Part shown: positions 6,398 through 15,694 of the stretch, piece by piece
How positions within the stretch are numbered: the first letter of the stretch is position 1
Layout of the letters: every line of letters starts with the position of its first letter
From: an uncultured bacterium
GTDB taxonomy: Bacteria > Hydrogenedentota > Hydrogenedentia > Hydrogenedentales > JAEUWI01
DNA length: 34,135 bases
Assembly (NCBI GenBank): GCA_963977445.1
Contig: CAXBPH010000044.1
Span: forward strand, 1 to 34,135
Direction: 5' to 3'
The notes under the pieces: generated by a model
Seen by the model: only the letters and a program-made list of their open reading frames with translations
Database searches by the model: none
Told to the model about the DNA's origin: nothing
Program-made: the position numbers and the translations under genes

Positions 6398-8926
6398 ATG
6401 CCCAAACCACTTATGGTAGACCCCAAAGTAGTCCGCAAGGCCAATACCATTGACCTCGGCTCCATCCAGGTCAACGCCTACAAGAAAAGCATCAAAGAAG
6501 AGCTGAAGAGCAACAAGGCCATCACACCAGAGCGCCTCCTCCGGGCCTACCGCGACATGGTGGTCATCCGCGAATTCGAAAACATGCTCGACAGCATCAA
6601 AAAGACCCAGAGCTACGAAGGCATCAACTACAACCACGCGGGCCCGGCCCACTTGTCCACGGGACAGGAAGCCGCCGCCGTCGGTGAATGTTTTCACCTG
6701 GGCGTCAACGACCATATTTTCGGTAGCCACCGGAGCCACGGCGAAGTTATCGCCAAGGGCATGCGCGCCATTGACGAGCTGAAGGGTGCCGAACTTACGA
6801 CCCTCATGTCCGATTTCTGGGACGGCCGCGTACTCAACATTGTTGAGAAAAACGAAGCCAACTGGGCCGGCCTCAACGTGGGCAAAAAATCTGCGCTGAA
6901 AACCGGCGACGACGAAGAACTCGGTGTTGACTTCCTTCTCTATGGCCTCCTCGCGGAAATCTTTGGCCGCGAAACGGGCTTCAACAAGGGCATGGGCGGC
7001 TCCATGCACGTGTTCTTCACGCCCTTCGGTGTGTACCCCAACAACGCCCTCGTTGGTGGTAGTGCGGACATCGCGACCGGTGCAGCGCTCTACAAGAAGG
7101 TCCAACAGGCCGGTGGCATCACCGTGGCGAACATCGGCGACGCCTCCATGGGTTGCGGTCCCGTATGGGAAGCCCTCGGCTTCTCCTCCATGGGCCAGTT
7201 TACCCGCCTGTGGGAAAAAGAATTCCAGGGCGGCCTTCCCATCGTGTTCAACTTCATGAACAACTTCTACGGCATGGGCGGCCAGCCCATCGGCGAAACC
7301 ATGGGCTTTGACCACCTCGCCCGTATTGGCGCCGCGGTGAACAGCGACAACATGCACGCCGAAACCATCGACGGTAACAATCCCCTCAGCGTGGCCGACG
7401 CCTATCAGCGCAAAATGGAACTCATCAAGTCCGGCAAAGGTCCCGTACTCCTCGACGTGCAGTGCTATCGTCAGACGGGCCACTCCCCGAGTGACCAGTC
7501 CTCCTACCGCGAGCGCGACGAGATCGATATGTGGCGTAAGGCCGATGCCATCGTCGAATTCGGCGGCAAGCTCGTCAGCGCTGGTGTGGCCAGTCAGGAT
7601 GACCTCGACGCCATCCAGGCCTATGCCACCCGCAAGTGCACCAAGGCCTGCAAACTGGCCGTGGACTATGACCACTCACCCCGCCTCGTGCTCGGTGCCC
7701 GCACGGGTATCGCCGACATGATGTTCTGCAACGAAATCGACGAGACCCTGCCCGGCCTTCGTCGTGAAGACGATGTGAACATCCCCATGAGCGAAATCCC
7801 CCGCATTCAGCAGATCGCCAAAAAATCCCGTAGCGGTATCGATGCCAGCGGAAAGGTCCTCAAGGGAACCAAGGCCGTGACCTACGGCGAGGCCATTTTC
7901 GAATCCATCGTTCACCATTTCTACAACGACCACCGTCTCATCGCCTATGGCGAAGAAAACCGCGACTGGGGTGGTGCCTTCGCCGTCTACCAGGGCCTTA
8001 CGGAAGCGCTGCCTTACCGTCGCCTCTTCAACTCGCCCATCTCCGAAGCGGCCATCGTCGGCACCGGTGTGGGTTATGCCCTCGAAGGCGGCAAGGCCCT
8101 CGTGGAACTCATGTATTGCGATTTCCTCGGCCGCGCGGGCGACGAAGTCTTCAACCAGATGGCCAAATGGCAGGCCATGTCCGGCGGCTATTGCAAAATG
8201 CCCGTCGTACTCCGCGTCTCCGTGGGTAACAAATATGGTGCCCAGCACTCCCAGGATTGGACCGCTCTCTGCGCCCACATCCCCGGACTCAAAGTCGTAT
8301 TCCCCGCGACGCCCTACGACGCCAAAGGCATGATGGCCACCGCCCTCAGCGGCAACGACCCCGTTGTCTTCTTCGAGAGCCAGCGCCTCTACACCGTGCC
8401 CGAAACCGTCCACGAAGGCGGCGTGCCCGAAGAGTACTACCGCATTCCCCTCGGCGAGCCCCACGTGGCGAAGGAAGGCAACGACCTCACCATCCTCACC
8501 TTCGGTGCGACCCTCTACCGCGCGCTGGACGCCGCCAAGCAGTTCGAAGCCGAACACGGCGTCTCCGTGGAAGTCATCGACGGCCGCAGCCTCGTGCCCT
8601 TCGACTACGACATCCTGTACAAGTCCGTGAAGAAGACGGGCCGCCTCATCCTCGCCAGCGACGCCTGCGAACGGGGCAGCTTCATGCACACCATCGCATC
8701 GCGCATCAGCACCATGGCCTTCGATCACCTCGACGCACCGGCCGTCGTCTTGGGTGCCGAAAACTGGATCGTGCCCCCGGCGGAAATGGAAGAGGAATAC
8801 TTCCCCCAGGTCAACTGGTTCCTCGACGCCTTCCACACCCACTTCAAGCCTTTGGCTGGCTACACCCCCACGAACAATTTCAGCGCGGGGGAGATGCTGA
8901 GCCTTTCGAAGATGGATGTCTGCTAA
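6398..8926 (+). CDS. Fused E1 alpha/beta thiamine-diphosphate-dependent dehydrogenase (PDH/acetoin dehydrogenase-like)
   Basis: Alpha part: HLSTGQEA, HRSHG, KGMGGSMH, ThDP motif GDA...NN, YRQTGHS. Beta part: RLFNSPISEAAIVG, ELMYCDF, GAQHSQ, FPATPYDAKG, PVVFFE, VIDGRSLVP. Confidence 0.93.
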   Translation: MPKPLMVDPKVVRKANTIDLGSIQVNAYKKSIKEELKSNKAITPERLLRAYRDMVVIREFENMLDSIKKTQSYEGINYNHAGPAHLSTGQEAAAVGECFHLGVNDHIFGSHRSHGEVIAKGMRAIDELKGAELTTLMSDFWDGRVLNIVEKNEANWAGLNVGKKSALKTGDDEELGVDFLLYGLLAEIFGRETGFNKGMGGSMHVFFTPFGVYPNNALVGGSADIATGAALYKKVQQAGGITVANIGDASMGCGPVWEALGFSSMGQFTRLWEKEFQGGLPIVFNFMNNFYGMGGQPIGETMGFDHLARIGAAVNSDNMHAETIDGNNPLSVADAYQRKMELIKSGKGPVLLDVQCYRQTGHSPSDQSSYRERDEIDMWRKADAIVEFGGKLVSAGVASQDDLDAIQAYATRKCTKACKLAVDYDHSPRLVLGARTGIADMMFCNEIDETLPGLRREDDVNIPMSEIPRIQQIAKKSRSGIDASGKVLKGTKAVTYGEAIFESIVHHFYNDHRLIAYGEENRDWGGAFAVYQGLTEALPYRRLFNSPISEAAIVGTGVGYALEGGKALVELMYCDFLGRAGDEVFNQMAKWQAMSGGYCKMPVVLRVSVGNKYGAQHSQDWTALCAHIPGLKVVFPATPYDAKGMMATALSGNDPVVFFESQRLYTVPETVHEGGVPEEYYRIPLGEPHVAKEGNDLTILTFGATLYRALDAAKQFEAEHGVSVEVIDGRSLVPFDYDILYKSVKKTGRLILASDACERGSFMHTIASRISTMAFDHLDAPAVVLGAENWIVPPAEMEEEYFPQVNWFLDAFHTHFKPLAGYTPTNNFSAGEMLSLSKMDVC

Positions 8927-8956
8927 GAACAAATAATTAAGATAGGCACCTGATAC

Positions 8957-8995
8957 CCGGAGCCGTTCGCAAGAGCGGCTCCGGTATTTTTGTTT
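8957..8995 (+). terminator. Intrinsic terminator of the deoR-E2-E1 arm
   Basis: CCGGAGCCGTTC-GCAA-GAGCGGCTCCGG stem with a GNRA loop, followed by TATTTTTGTTT. Confidence 0.85.
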
Positions 8996-9291
8996 CATGG
9001 AAAAGTACTTGGGGTTCTCAATTGGAAGATGTGTTTTCGGGTAGTTGGTCGTGCCGCGCGATCCCAAAAGGCGAGTTTCAACGAGTCCTGACGGGTTCGT
9101 GCGTGAATCGTTGCACCGAACACGACACGTGCCCTGGCAAAGACTACCGTGAGCAACATACGCACCATCCGATGCGCCCTGCCGGCATAACCTGAGAAAC
9201 CATGCAAAGGCCTTCAAGGATGCACGTAAGAAATACGAAGCCCTGCCCAGACAGTACGGGCAAGGTTTAAAATATTGAAGGAAAGCAGTTC

Positions 9292-10575
9292 ATGTATGCA
9301 GGTATAGATTTTGGCACCTCCAACTGTGCGCTGGGCATCTGGCAGGAGGGTAGGCCTCACTTGGTGCCGCTGGAAGGCAATAGCGCCTATCTGCCCGCGG
9401 CCATATACACGCCTCTGGGTAAAAGCACATCGACCACCATCGCTCCAGGGACGCAAACCCTCGACGACACGTTGCGTTCAAGCGATGGCATTCTCTTTGG
9501 AAATGCCGCGATGGCGCAGCACTACAATCGTCCGGGCGAGGGGATACTTGCAAAATCCCCCAAACTCTTTCTCGGATTCCCAGAGCTGCGGGCATCCGGC
9601 GTGGAGCGGTTCTCAAAAATCGTGGGCCTCGTGCTTTCCCATATCAAGGAAACGGCGGAAGCACAGATGGGTCATCCCTTCCATAGCGTGGTGCTCGGGC
9701 GACCCGTAAACTTTTCATCCTCCGGTGACCAGGACGCCAATCGCCAGGGAGAGCGAATACTTTGGAATGGGGCAACGGCTGCGGGCTTTGAAAAGATTTC
9801 CTTTCTTCTCGAACCCATCGCGGCGGCTCTCGATTTCGAAGCAAAACTAAGCAAAGATGTAGTGGCGTTGATTGTGGACTCCGGTGGCGGCACGACCGAC
9901 TGCACCATGGCAACCTTAGGGCCATCGTATTCAGGCACCTCCAGCGTGGAAGACCGGGTGTTGGCCAATTCCGGGACGCGGGCAGGGGGCGTGGATTTCG
10001 ATAGGTCCATCGCGAGGCAGATAGTAATGCCACACTTCGGAGAGAATACCCGTTTGGAAAATGGTGAGGCCATTCCCAATCGATTGTTTTCACAGGCCAT
10101 CGCGATTAACGAGATGAAAACGATGGAAAAATTCTATGCACGGAACCTCAATGGTTTCCTGGCCAGCCCTGTTTGCCCCGAGAAAGTAAATCGGCTAAAG
10201 CGTCTGCACAAGAACCGTCAGGGCCAACAATTGGTCGGGAGCTGCGAGAATGCCAAGATTGCGCTGTCCGACGCCGAGGAGTGCACCATCACACTTGAAT
10301 ATATAGAAGAAGGTTTCTGTGTCCCGATAAATCGTGACGCCCTTCATGCGGTCGTTGAGGGGACATTGGAGAAGATTTCCAACCTTATCAGCGAAGTAGT
10401 AGAGGAAGCCCAGACGAACCCCGATCTTGTCTACGTAACCGGTGGCACCGCCAAGTCACCCCTATTAATGGCACGCATCCAATCCCACTTCCCGGACCTG
10501 GAAATCGTTTCGGGTGACAATTTCGGTAGTGTGGCTTCGGGCCTGGCACTCCACGCCCATCGCATGTACGGATAA
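9292..10575 (+). CDS. Hsp70-family protein, YegD-like (nucleotide-binding domain only)
   Basis: GIDFGTSN, VVLGRPVNF, EPIAAA, DSGGGTTD, YVTGGTAKSP, FGSVASGLA. 427 aa with no DnaK substrate-binding domain. Confidence 0.88.
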   Translation: MYAGIDFGTSNCALGIWQEGRPHLVPLEGNSAYLPAAIYTPLGKSTSTTIAPGTQTLDDTLRSSDGILFGNAAMAQHYNRPGEGILAKSPKLFLGFPELRASGVERFSKIVGLVLSHIKETAEAQMGHPFHSVVLGRPVNFSSSGDQDANRQGERILWNGATAAGFEKISFLLEPIAAALDFEAKLSKDVVALIVDSGGGTTDCTMATLGPSYSGTSSVEDRVLANSGTRAGGVDFDRSIARQIVMPHFGENTRLENGEAIPNRLFSQAIAINEMKTMEKFYARNLNGFLASPVCPEKVNRLKRLHKNRQGQQLVGSCENAKIALSDAEECTITLEYIEEGFCVPINRDALHAVVEGTLEKISNLISEVVEEAQTNPDLVYVTGGTAKSPLLMARIQSHFPDLEIVSGDNFGSVASGLALHAHRMYG

Positions 10576-10809
10576 GGGAACGCGCCCGCGTTGTTTTATG
10601 GAACACATGAGACGGATAGGCCCCACGATATTCTCCTGGAATCTCTCGTGGATAATATAGATGAGTCCATCAAAACTGTTGCCATTTTACAAGATTCCGA
10701 TGGAAGGGTTCTATTGACCCAGTATCGCGACAGATTCACGTAACCTATGAAAATAAAGGCTCTATATAGCCTGACTCGACTAATAATGGGTTGGAATTGA
10801 CAAAACGAT

Positions 10810-10985
10810 GGTCCATCCGAAGATTATAGCCGGATATGCGCCACCTACCCTATGCCATTTAGCCCCAACACCACCCTGACGCAATACTCGCCCGAAAAGA
10901 CCACTTACATTCTGTAGAAATTTGCGTTTTACCCGCTTTAGCAGGTAGAATTCGACGTCTCGTAGTGGGTCCATCCGAAGGCTAT
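10810..10985. repeat. 13-bp direct repeat pair in the intergenic region upstream of typA
   Basis: GGTCCATCCGAAG at 10810-10822 and 10968-10980, both followed by NN-TAT. Confidence 0.5.
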
Positions 10986-11115
10986 TCAAGCCCGATCCCT
11001 GCCTTTTGCAGGAGAGGTCAGCGGCAATCGGCACCTCAGCCCTCATACCTTAACACCCGGTTTCCCTTCATGTTCCACAGGTGTGGTTCAAGGAAGCTCA
11101 GGAGAAGTTCCGTTC

Positions 11116-13011
11116 ATGCATGCCATCGATAAGATTCGTAATTTGGCCATTATTGCCCACATTGATCACGGCAAAACCACCCTCATTGACAGTATTTTCG
11201 CAGCGACACACGTCCGCCGAAACAATGAAGCGGTGACCGAGCGGGTCATGGATAATAACGAATTGGAACGGGAGCGGGGGATCACGATCCGCGCCAAGCA
11301 TTGCACGGTGGCGTGGGAAGATTACCTCATCAATATTATCGATACGCCCGGCCACGCGGACTTTTCCGGCGAAGTAGAGCGTACCCTTTCGATGGTGGAC
11401 TCGGTGTTGCTGCTGGTGGACGCCAATGAAGGCCCCATGCCCCAGACCCGTTATGTGCTCACCCGGGCGCTCCGTCTTGGCTATCGTCCCATTGTTATCG
11501 TAAACAAGGTGGACCGGCCCCAGGCCCAGCCCGATATTGCCCTCGACAAGACCTTCGATCTCTTCGTTGAATTGGGTGCGACCGACGAACAGTGCGACTT
11601 TCCCGTCCTTTACGGTTCCGGGCTTGACGGTTGGTTGGTACGTGACCTGGAAGACGATGCCCACGAAGGCATGCAGGCCCTTTTCGAAACCATCATCAGC
11701 GATGTACCCGCCCCGACAGGTGATCCGGAAGCGCCCTTCCTCATGCAGATCAGCACCATCGGCTGGCGCGACCACATTGGCCGTACCGGCATGGGACGCG
11801 TGCTTCAGGGCAGCCTGAACAAGGGTGATAAGTTCCGCCGCGTTTCCACCCAGTGGATTGGCGAGAAACTGGCCCAGCATGATGACTTCCATCATGAGCG
11901 GGAATGGGATATTACGGAAGACAAGACCGAAAAGTGCACCTATCTCTGGGTGACCCGTGGTCTTGAAAGTGAATTGGTTGACACGGTCCGGGCCGGTGAC
12001 ATTGTTACAATTGCAGGCCCCGGGGACATCAATATTGGTGATACCTTCTCCCACGTGGACCTCGATAATGTGCTCCACCCGCTGGAAATTGAAGAGCCCA
12101 CCGTTTCCATGAACTTCATGATGAACAATGGTCCCTTCTCCGGTCAGGAAGGTGACGCGGTCACCCTGCGTCAGATTGCTGTCCGACTGGAAAAAGAAAT
12201 GCGTACCAACGTGGCGCTCCGGGTCGAAGAGACCGAACGCGGCGATTCCCTGAAGGTTTCCGGTCGTGGCGAACTTCACCTGGCCATCCTCCTCGAAGAA
12301 ATGCGTCGGGAAGGCATGGAACTTTGCGTGTCGCCCCCTGAAGTTATCATCCACCGTGATGAAAACAACAAGCGCCTGGAGCCGATAGAGCTGCTGAGCA
12401 TCGATACCCCCGGCGAATTCCAGGGCACGGTTATCGAAAAGCTGGCCCAGCGTAAGGGTGAGTTGTCCCACATGCACATCGAAGATTCGGGCATGGTACG
12501 ACTTGAATTCCGTATTCCTACCCGTGGTCTCATTGGCTATCGCGGCGAGTTCCTTACGGATACCCGCGGCATGGGCATCATGGCATCCCGTTTTGAGGGC
12601 TATGGCCCCTGGTGCGGTGATGTAGTCACCCGTAAGCGCGGCTCCATGGTCAGCATGGAAACCGGCCAGAGCACCTCCTACAGCCTCGAAAACCTCCAAC
12701 AGCGCGGCACCCTCTTCCTGGGCTCCATGGTTGGCGTCTATGAAGGCATGATTATCGGTGAATATTCCCGTCCCGGCGATATGCCCTGTAAGCCTACCAA
12801 GAAGAAGGCCCTCACCAACCACCGCGCCTCCGGTAAAGACCACAGCACGGGCCTGGAAGTTCCCCGCGAACTCACCCTCGACACCGCACTGGAATGGATT
12901 GCGCCCGATGAGTTGGTGGAAATCACCCCAAAAGGCATCCGGGTCCGCAAATCGGTACTGAACGCTGAAGAGCGCAAGCGTGACGAGAAGCGCCGGTCAG
13001 CAACCGCCTGA
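11116..13011 (+). CDS. typA: Translational GTPase TypA/BipA
   Basis: [77 protein letters not shown] upstream of ATG 11116. Confidence 0.97.
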   Translation: MHAIDKIRNLAIIAHIDHGKTTLIDSIFAATHVRRNNEAVTERVMDNNELERERGITIRAKHCTVAWEDYLINIIDTPGHADFSGEVERTLSMVDSVLLLVDANEGPMPQTRYVLTRALRLGYRPIVIVNKVDRPQAQPDIALDKTFDLFVELGATDEQCDFPVLYGSGLDGWLVRDLEDDAHEGMQALFETIISDVPAPTGDPEAPFLMQISTIGWRDHIGRTGMGRVLQGSLNKGDKFRRVSTQWIGEKLAQHDDFHHEREWDITEDKTEKCTYLWVTRGLESELVDTVRAGDIVTIAGPGDINIGDTFSHVDLDNVLHPLEIEEPTVSMNFMMNNGPFSGQEGDAVTLRQIAVRLEKEMRTNVALRVEETERGDSLKVSGRGELHLAILLEEMRREGMELCVSPPEVIIHRDENNKRLEPIELLSIDTPGEFQGTVIEKLAQRKGELSHMHIEDSGMVRLEFRIPTRGLIGYRGEFLTDTRGMGIMASRFEGYGPWCGDVVTRKRGSMVSMETGQSTSYSLENLQQRGTLFLGSMVGVYEGMIIGEYSRPGDMPCKPTKKKALTNHRASGKDHSTGLEVPRELTLDTALEWIAPDELVEITPKGIRVRKSVLNAEERKRDEKRRSATA

Positions 13012-13034
13012 TCACCCGCATAATTCTATAGCAG

Positions 13035-13074
13035 AAAGGCTGGATACCCGATTGGGTATCCAGCCTTTTTCTTT
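13035..13074. terminator. Probably bidirectional intrinsic terminator between convergent typA and the glycosyltransferase gene
   Basis: AAAGGCTGGATACCC-GATT-GGGTATCCAGCCTTT perfect 15-bp stem, followed by TTCTTT. Confidence 0.88.
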
Positions 13075-13093
13075 GAAATTAACGCACACAAGC

Positions 13094-14299
13094 TCAGGCG
13101 AAGTTTTCTTTCAGCAGGGCCACAATCGCCTGTAGCCGGTGTTGGTAGGTGTGTTCACCCAATACCCGGGCACGGGCACGCTCCGTTATTTCACGGCGGG
13201 ATTTGGGATGGGCCATGAACCAGTTCATTTTGTCTCGGCCATCTTCAAAGCCGTCGTAGGTCACCACTTCCTTCTCCACGTCAAAAAGGTCATGAAGGGC
13301 CGCCTGATTATCCGTCAAGAGGAAGCCACCGGCAGCAGGACAGTCAAATACACGCTGATTGACGGTCGTGGCCATTTGCACACTGGTTACGTTCAGATTG
13401 ACCGGACAGTTTCGGTAGTAAGGCCCCAATTCTCCTTCGTAGCCAAGGGATGGGCCAATCTGGGTGGTGAGTGCTTCCCACATGGAGTCGCCACGCACAT
13501 GGAGTCCGTGGGGCCCCAGCGTAACGATCAGCTCAGAACGAAGACGCCGGGTCCCTTCGATGAAAAAAACACGTTCTGCGTGGTAGAGGGCCGCCTTGTC
13601 AAACCCTGCCGCTGCCGCACCCAGGATGGATGAACCGCCCTCGGCAAAATTGGCGCGGGTCACCCGACCGGAGTCAAAGGCGTCATCCACTGCGGCTCGC
13701 AATGCGGGAACCTGCATCACGAGCCTCATCTCTTTGTCGGCCTCGTGAATCATAGAGTTTCCGACAAACGTAGGGGGGTGGGGATGTTCGTCCACCGGGG
13801 GATGGCTAAAGATGCTTTCGTCCACACCCAGGGGCATGACATGAACGTGACCGAAGCCACATTCCTGTAGAAAACTCACGTAGGCGCATTCCCACGTGAG
13901 GGCTACCGAAGTGGGCGTGGTCGAGGAAGTATTGCCGTCCATAATGGTTCGGGGACCATCGACGAACCAGGTAACGTGGGGGACACCCACATCGTCGAGA
14001 AACCGGGCGAACATGCCATCCACATCCATGCCACTCAGGTTTATCGACAACACGAAATCGGGCTGGTGCGTTAATATCGCCTGAAACAGATCTTTTAACA
14101 TGTCCCGCGACATGGTACCTATCATTTTTACGGGTACGCGACGCACCTCCCAACCCATGGTTGCCGCCGCCCGTGCACAGGCTTGATCCAGCCAGTAATT
14201 ACTTTCCATAACCAGCATCCGAACCGGGCGCGGCCCAAACTTCTGGTAAGACATATGCTGTGCGAGCGTGGGTGTAATTTCGAGTCGAAAGGGTTCCAT
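13094..14299 (-). CDS. CgeB-like glycosyltransferase (GT-B; DUF3880/Glyco_trans_1_2 type)
   Basis: VTWFVD, MPLGVD, TFVGN, NQRVFDCPAAGGFLLTD, ARARVLGEHTYQHR. Confidence 0.8.
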   Translation of the reverse strand: MEPFRLEITPTLAQHMSYQKFGPRPVRMLVMESNYWLDQACARAAATMGWEVRRVPVKMIGTMSRDMLKDLFQAILTHQPDFVLSINLSGMDVDGMFARFLDDVGVPHVTWFVDGPRTIMDGNTSSTTPTSVALTWECAYVSFLQECGFGHVHVMPLGVDESIFSHPPVDEHPHPPTFVGNSMIHEADKEMRLVMQVPALRAAVDDAFDSGRVTRANFAEGGSSILGAAAAGFDKAALYHAERVFFIEGTRRLRSELIVTLGPHGLHVRGDSMWEALTTQIGPSLGYEGELGPYYRNCPVNLNVTSVQMATTVNQRVFDCPAAGGFLLTDNQAALHDLFDVEKEVVTYDGFEDGRDKMNWFMAHPKSRREITERARARVLGEHTYQHRLQAIVALLKENFA

Positions 14300-14419
14300 G
14301 ACGCAATTCTAACAGGGGGCAAATCGGCGTGCAATTGCGCGGTTGTATCTCACCACGAAGCAGGCAGTAGAATACCAGGAACGACGGATTAATTTTGAGA
14401 AAACCTACGGGAGTAGAAC

Positions 14420-14887
14420 ATGGAACGATTCGACGATACCTTTGCGAAAACCGTGGTCACTCGTTTTGGTGAACTGGCAGAAGACGCCACACCCCAATGG
14501 GGAACGATGAGTAAGGCACACGTCATTGGCCACTTGGAAAAAGTTCTTTGCTACACCTTGGGGCAAGGTCCTGAAATGCCCTTTCGGGGCAATTTCATGA
14601 CACGAAATGTCTTTCGTCACCTTGTCCTTTTCGGATTGAGGGAGATTCCCCACAACATTCGGGTTCCCCGGCCGGAAGGCGTGACCAAAGAACAGTTCTT
14701 TCCCTCCGCCACCATCGAAGAACTCGCCACAACCATCGACACCTACCTGGCAGCAATACCCACGGGCACCTTAGCCACCCGTATACACCCCTTTTTCGGC
14801 CCCCTGAACACACGCGCCTGGCAGCGATTTCACCGACTGCATTTTATACATCATATGAAGCAATTCGATCTGGGTGAGGGCTTCTGA
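14420..14887 (+). CDS. DUF1569 / DinB-like protein
   Basis: PQWGTMS..HVIGHL and HPFFGPL...W..FHRLHFIHHMKQF His-rich motifs. GGAG RBS. Confidence 0.8.
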   Translation: MERFDDTFAKTVVTRFGELAEDATPQWGTMSKAHVIGHLEKVLCYTLGQGPEMPFRGNFMTRNVFRHLVLFGLREIPHNIRVPRPEGVTKEQFFPSATIEELATTIDTYLAAIPTGTLATRIHPFFGPLNTRAWQRFHRLHFIHHMKQFDLGEGF

Positions 14888-15603
14888 AAGGGCGGCCCGT
14901 TACCATAGGCATCCTGTTGATTGGTACCGGACTATTCCTGGCCTTCCAACGCTACACGGGCCCCGTATCGGAGTATATAATTCGTCGCGTGAATGGAGAG
15001 AAAACGACCGCAGACCGTCTTGCGGAGTTCGGCAATGAGGCCCGGGCGCGGATGGCCCCGGCTTTCGCACAGGCGGAGGTTGCCTATCCGCCTGAATGGG
15101 TCACGCTGGTAGCCATTAAGTCTGATCGCTCTTTGGCCGTCTACGGTGGACACGCCGCGGAAGATCCGCGCCACGTGATTACCTACCCCGTCCAGGGCCA
15201 GAGTGGGGAACTGGGGCCCAAACTTCGGGAAGGAGATCGCCAGGTTCCGGAAGGCCTCTACAATATCGAGGCCCTCAATCCCAACAGCCGGTTTTATGTG
15301 TCCCTGCGCCTCAACTACCCCAACGCCTGGGATCAGGCCCGAGCCGCCGATGATGGGCGCAACGAACCCGGAAGCGATATCTATATTCACGGCCAACGTG
15401 CGTCGGTGGGCTGTCTGGCCATGGGCGATGTGGCCATCGAAGAACTCTATACGCTCGTTGCCGATTGCGGCATGAAAAATGTCCGTGTAATCATCGCGCC
15501 CGTCGATTTTCGACATGCCACCGCGCCCGACGAACTGTCTGAAAAACTCCCCTGGCTGGACGCCTTGTATGGCGATATCAGGGCCGCTTTAGCGACGTTA
15601 TAG
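14884..15603 (+). CDS. L,D-transpeptidase (YkuD) family protein, YafK/DpaA-like, with N-terminal membrane anchor
   Basis: GPKLREGDRQVPEGLY, NPNSRFYVSLRLNYPN, catalytic IYIHG..SVGC. The start is uncertain: CTG 14884 (overlapping the upstream TGA) or TTG 14917. Confidence 0.85.
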   Translation: MKGRPVTIGILLIGTGLFLAFQRYTGPVSEYIIRRVNGEKTTADRLAEFGNEARARMAPAFAQAEVAYPPEWVTLVAIKSDRSLAVYGGHAAEDPRHVITYPVQGQSGELGPKLREGDRQVPEGLYNIEALNPNSRFYVSLRLNYPNAWDQARAADDGRNEPGSDIYIHGQRASVGCLAMGDVAIEELYTLVADCGMKNVRVIIAPVDFRHATAPDELSEKLPWLDALYGDIRAALATL

Positions 15604-15694
15604 CCGGTATTTCTTGCATTTTTACCTGCCTTCACAGTAGCATAGCGCCCGTAGTTGCCCACCCCTGTTACCTCTCACAATCCGGAACGACCCC

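Noticed and set aside
6302..12843. Long minus-strand ORFs 6302-7675, 7676-9217 and 11098-12843
   Set aside because: Antisense shadows of the E1 and typA genes with no recognisable domains.
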